From positions 21,948,001 to 22,012,000 of the forward strand of contig CM106585.1 in the NCBI GenBank assembly GCA_048013815.1: a DNA stretch of 64,000 nucleotides, in the 5' to 3' direction. Within the stretch, counting starts at the first letter, position 1. Each line of letters opens with the position of its first letter. Of this stretch, positions 61,982-64,000 are shown in pieces. The position numbers and the translations under genes are program-made. The notes beneath the pieces are model-generated. The model did no database searches. It had not been told where the DNA came from and saw nothing but the letters and a program-made list of their open reading frames with translations. Origin of the DNA: Setoptus koraiensis. Lineage: Eukaryota > Animalia > Arthropoda.

Positions 61982-62388
61982 TAGAGTCAGAATTGTTCTT
62001 GCACTCTCGGCTGGCGCGATTGTTGCGACGATTGAATCAGTTCCAAGTAAGCTTCAAGCTACTATGCAGTAAGGATTGAGCAATACAGAAAAAGCAAAAC
62101 AATTGATAGAGCCAGGCTGAATAGTTATGTATAGTATTTAATTAATTTACTAAAAATTATAATAATAGTAATAATCATTATGGTAATAATAATAATAGTA
62201 ATATCAATAATAATAATAGTCGTAATATATACTATTAGGCGATATATTTGTTATATCGAGATGATTATAGTTATATAGTTTGCAATTGTTGATGTACATA
62301 AATAGTTTTGTTGTATGTTTAGGTATAATCTTTCTGTATTTGTTTTACAATTCTGTTAGAATTTTTATCATGCTAATGTTGTTGCTGT

Positions 62389-63195
62389 TCAATGTCCCAT
62401 CACTGAAGCATATGCGTGCTCGTATTGAATGTGGTCTATGTGATTTGAGCGACAGATATTGTCACTCATAGAGGAAGAGGTTAAATTTGATGATTGGCTA
62501 TTATGATTCTTCAAATGATGGTGATGATGATGGTGATGATGTGGATGATGGTGTAGGTGATGATTGTTATGAAAGTTATTCTTATTATTATTGTTTACAG
62601 GTGGCCTAGCTAACAACGATATACCTTCGCTCCTACGGTTTGTTTTAAGTTGCTTCTTGATCCTCATAGCGTTCGAAATAGAATTAGCTATGTGATTAGT
62701 AGTAATTTGATGTGATGCATTAGAGTTGATATTTATTGGATTACTACCTATACCATTGTGACCATTTAAATTATTAACATTTTGATTACTAATATTAGCG
62801 TAATTGTTATTGTTGCTTAAATTATTACTAAAGTTTATGTTTTGGTTGCTATTAGAGATAATATTACCATTATTGTTATTAATAATAATATTATTACTAT
62901 TACTAATGTTGCTGTTGTTGTTATTATTATTGTTACTAGTATTATTATTATTGTTATTATTTTCAAAATATAGCCAATCATAAAGATCTAACGCGGAGGC
63001 CATGGATGGTGATGTTCCATAGAAGGTAAAGGATGATGTTATTGGTGTTGAGCCTAATATATTATCAGAACCATTAGAATGAGGTTGCATTTTGTTGTTA
63101 TTCCTTTCCATTTCTTCTTCGAACAAATCAAACAGACTGTCTAGATTATGGTCGTGCAACCAATCATTGGCAAATATAGGATCCATGGTTGACAT
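62389..63195 (-). CDS. Hypothetical Asn/His-rich nuclear protein (268 aa from the first ATG), possibly a transcription-factor N-terminus
   Basis: Long ORF (the track starts at TTG 63312). It has an acidic/hydrophobic N-terminus, poly-N, a basic RIKKQLKTNRR patch, poly-H and an EHAY motif. No folded domain recognised. Confidence 0.45.
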   Translation of the reverse strand: MSTMDPIFANDWLHDHNLDSLFDLFEEEMERNNNKMQPHSNGSDNILGSTPITSSFTFYGTSPSMASALDLYDWLYFENNNNNNNTSNNNNNNNSNISNSNNIIINNNNGNIISNSNQNINFSNNLSNNNNYANISNQNVNNLNGHNGIGSNPININSNASHQITTNHIANSISNAMRIKKQLKTNRRSEGISLLARPPVNNNNKNNFHNNHHLHHHPHHHHHHHHHLKNHNSQSSNLTSSSMSDNICRSNHIDHIQYEHAYASVMGH

Positions 63196-64000
63196 GGGAC
63201 GATAGTTTTTAGTGTGTGAGCCAGGCCGGTCGGCGAAAATTCCAATGTTGAATGTTTGTACCTTTTGATGGATGCGTTCACCGATTGATAATTGATGACT
63301 GACTCTAATCAATATGTGTCAATCAATATCATGTGCCGATATATTAGATATTAGCCGGTATGCCGGTCGAAAATATGAATGCCGGTAATAAATTGAATTT
63401 AGAAATTATTCGCCAAGTGAATATGATGATCTAATTCTTCTTCAGTTTGCGGGGGTTTATTGTATGTGTGTATGCGTGTGAGCGTTCACGGCTCGATAAT
63501 AATTGATCTGCAATAATTAACAATTGCTAATTAGTGTAATAATGATAATAGTGGTAATAATAATAATAATAGCAGTAATAGTAATAGTAATAATGTTATC
63601 AATAGCAGCAATAAAGTAGTAACGATGATAATTGTTTAAATGGTAGCTGTGTCTCTATCGGTTGCGATCGATACGACGTTCTTAAAGCGCGACGTTGATA
63701 TGATTGAGATTGGGCTGCTCGCAATATGTGTATTATTATAGCGGCTTATTCTTGCTAAATATAACGACCAACGTGGACTCAATGCCACATGTACGCTTTT
63801 AGTAAATGTGTGTTAGCAGATCCAAGGCATGAGATTGTGCGCACTTTCAAGTCAGTGTGTTCAGCTATCCCGTATTGTGGCCGGCGCTTGTCTACTCTTG
63901 TCTGCTGCTGCCAATGCCGCTGCTGCTCTTCTGCTGTTACCGTACCGGTGCCGTCGCCGCCGCCGCCAATGCCGCCGCCAATGCCGCTAATGGCGCTGTT

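Overview
Eukaryotic DNA from a compact, intron-poor arthropod. The poly-Q/N proteins, short 80-120 bp introns and insect-type TATA/Inr and HSE promoters suggest a mite such as an eriophyoid, but the taxon is my inference. No prokaryotic features or CRISPR arrays. Genes from left to right: a ~3,100-aa single-exon CABIT-domain (GAREM/Serrano-type) adaptor; a long gustatory-receptor-like gene with a terminal phase-0 intron; two tandem small heat-shock genes with HSE/TATA promoters; an intronless glucosylceramidase (GH30) with two low-complexity inserts, open into a 500-N gap; a 2.8-kb block almost lacking C; a 4-exon NRF-6-like acyltransferase; a 3-exon DH31 (calcitonin-like diuretic hormone) precursor that the ORF track does not assemble; a divergent serpin; a TFAM-like tandem HMG-box ORF; and an orphan Asn/His-rich ORF with an HCF-binding motif. 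Intergenic DNA is full of short unique tandem duplications and perfect palindromes. I did not find a convincing new biological system. The best leads are the hidden neuropeptide gene, the C-less block (probably an artefact) and the tandem/inverted duplication signature. All family assignments come from motifs I recognised; no database search was run.
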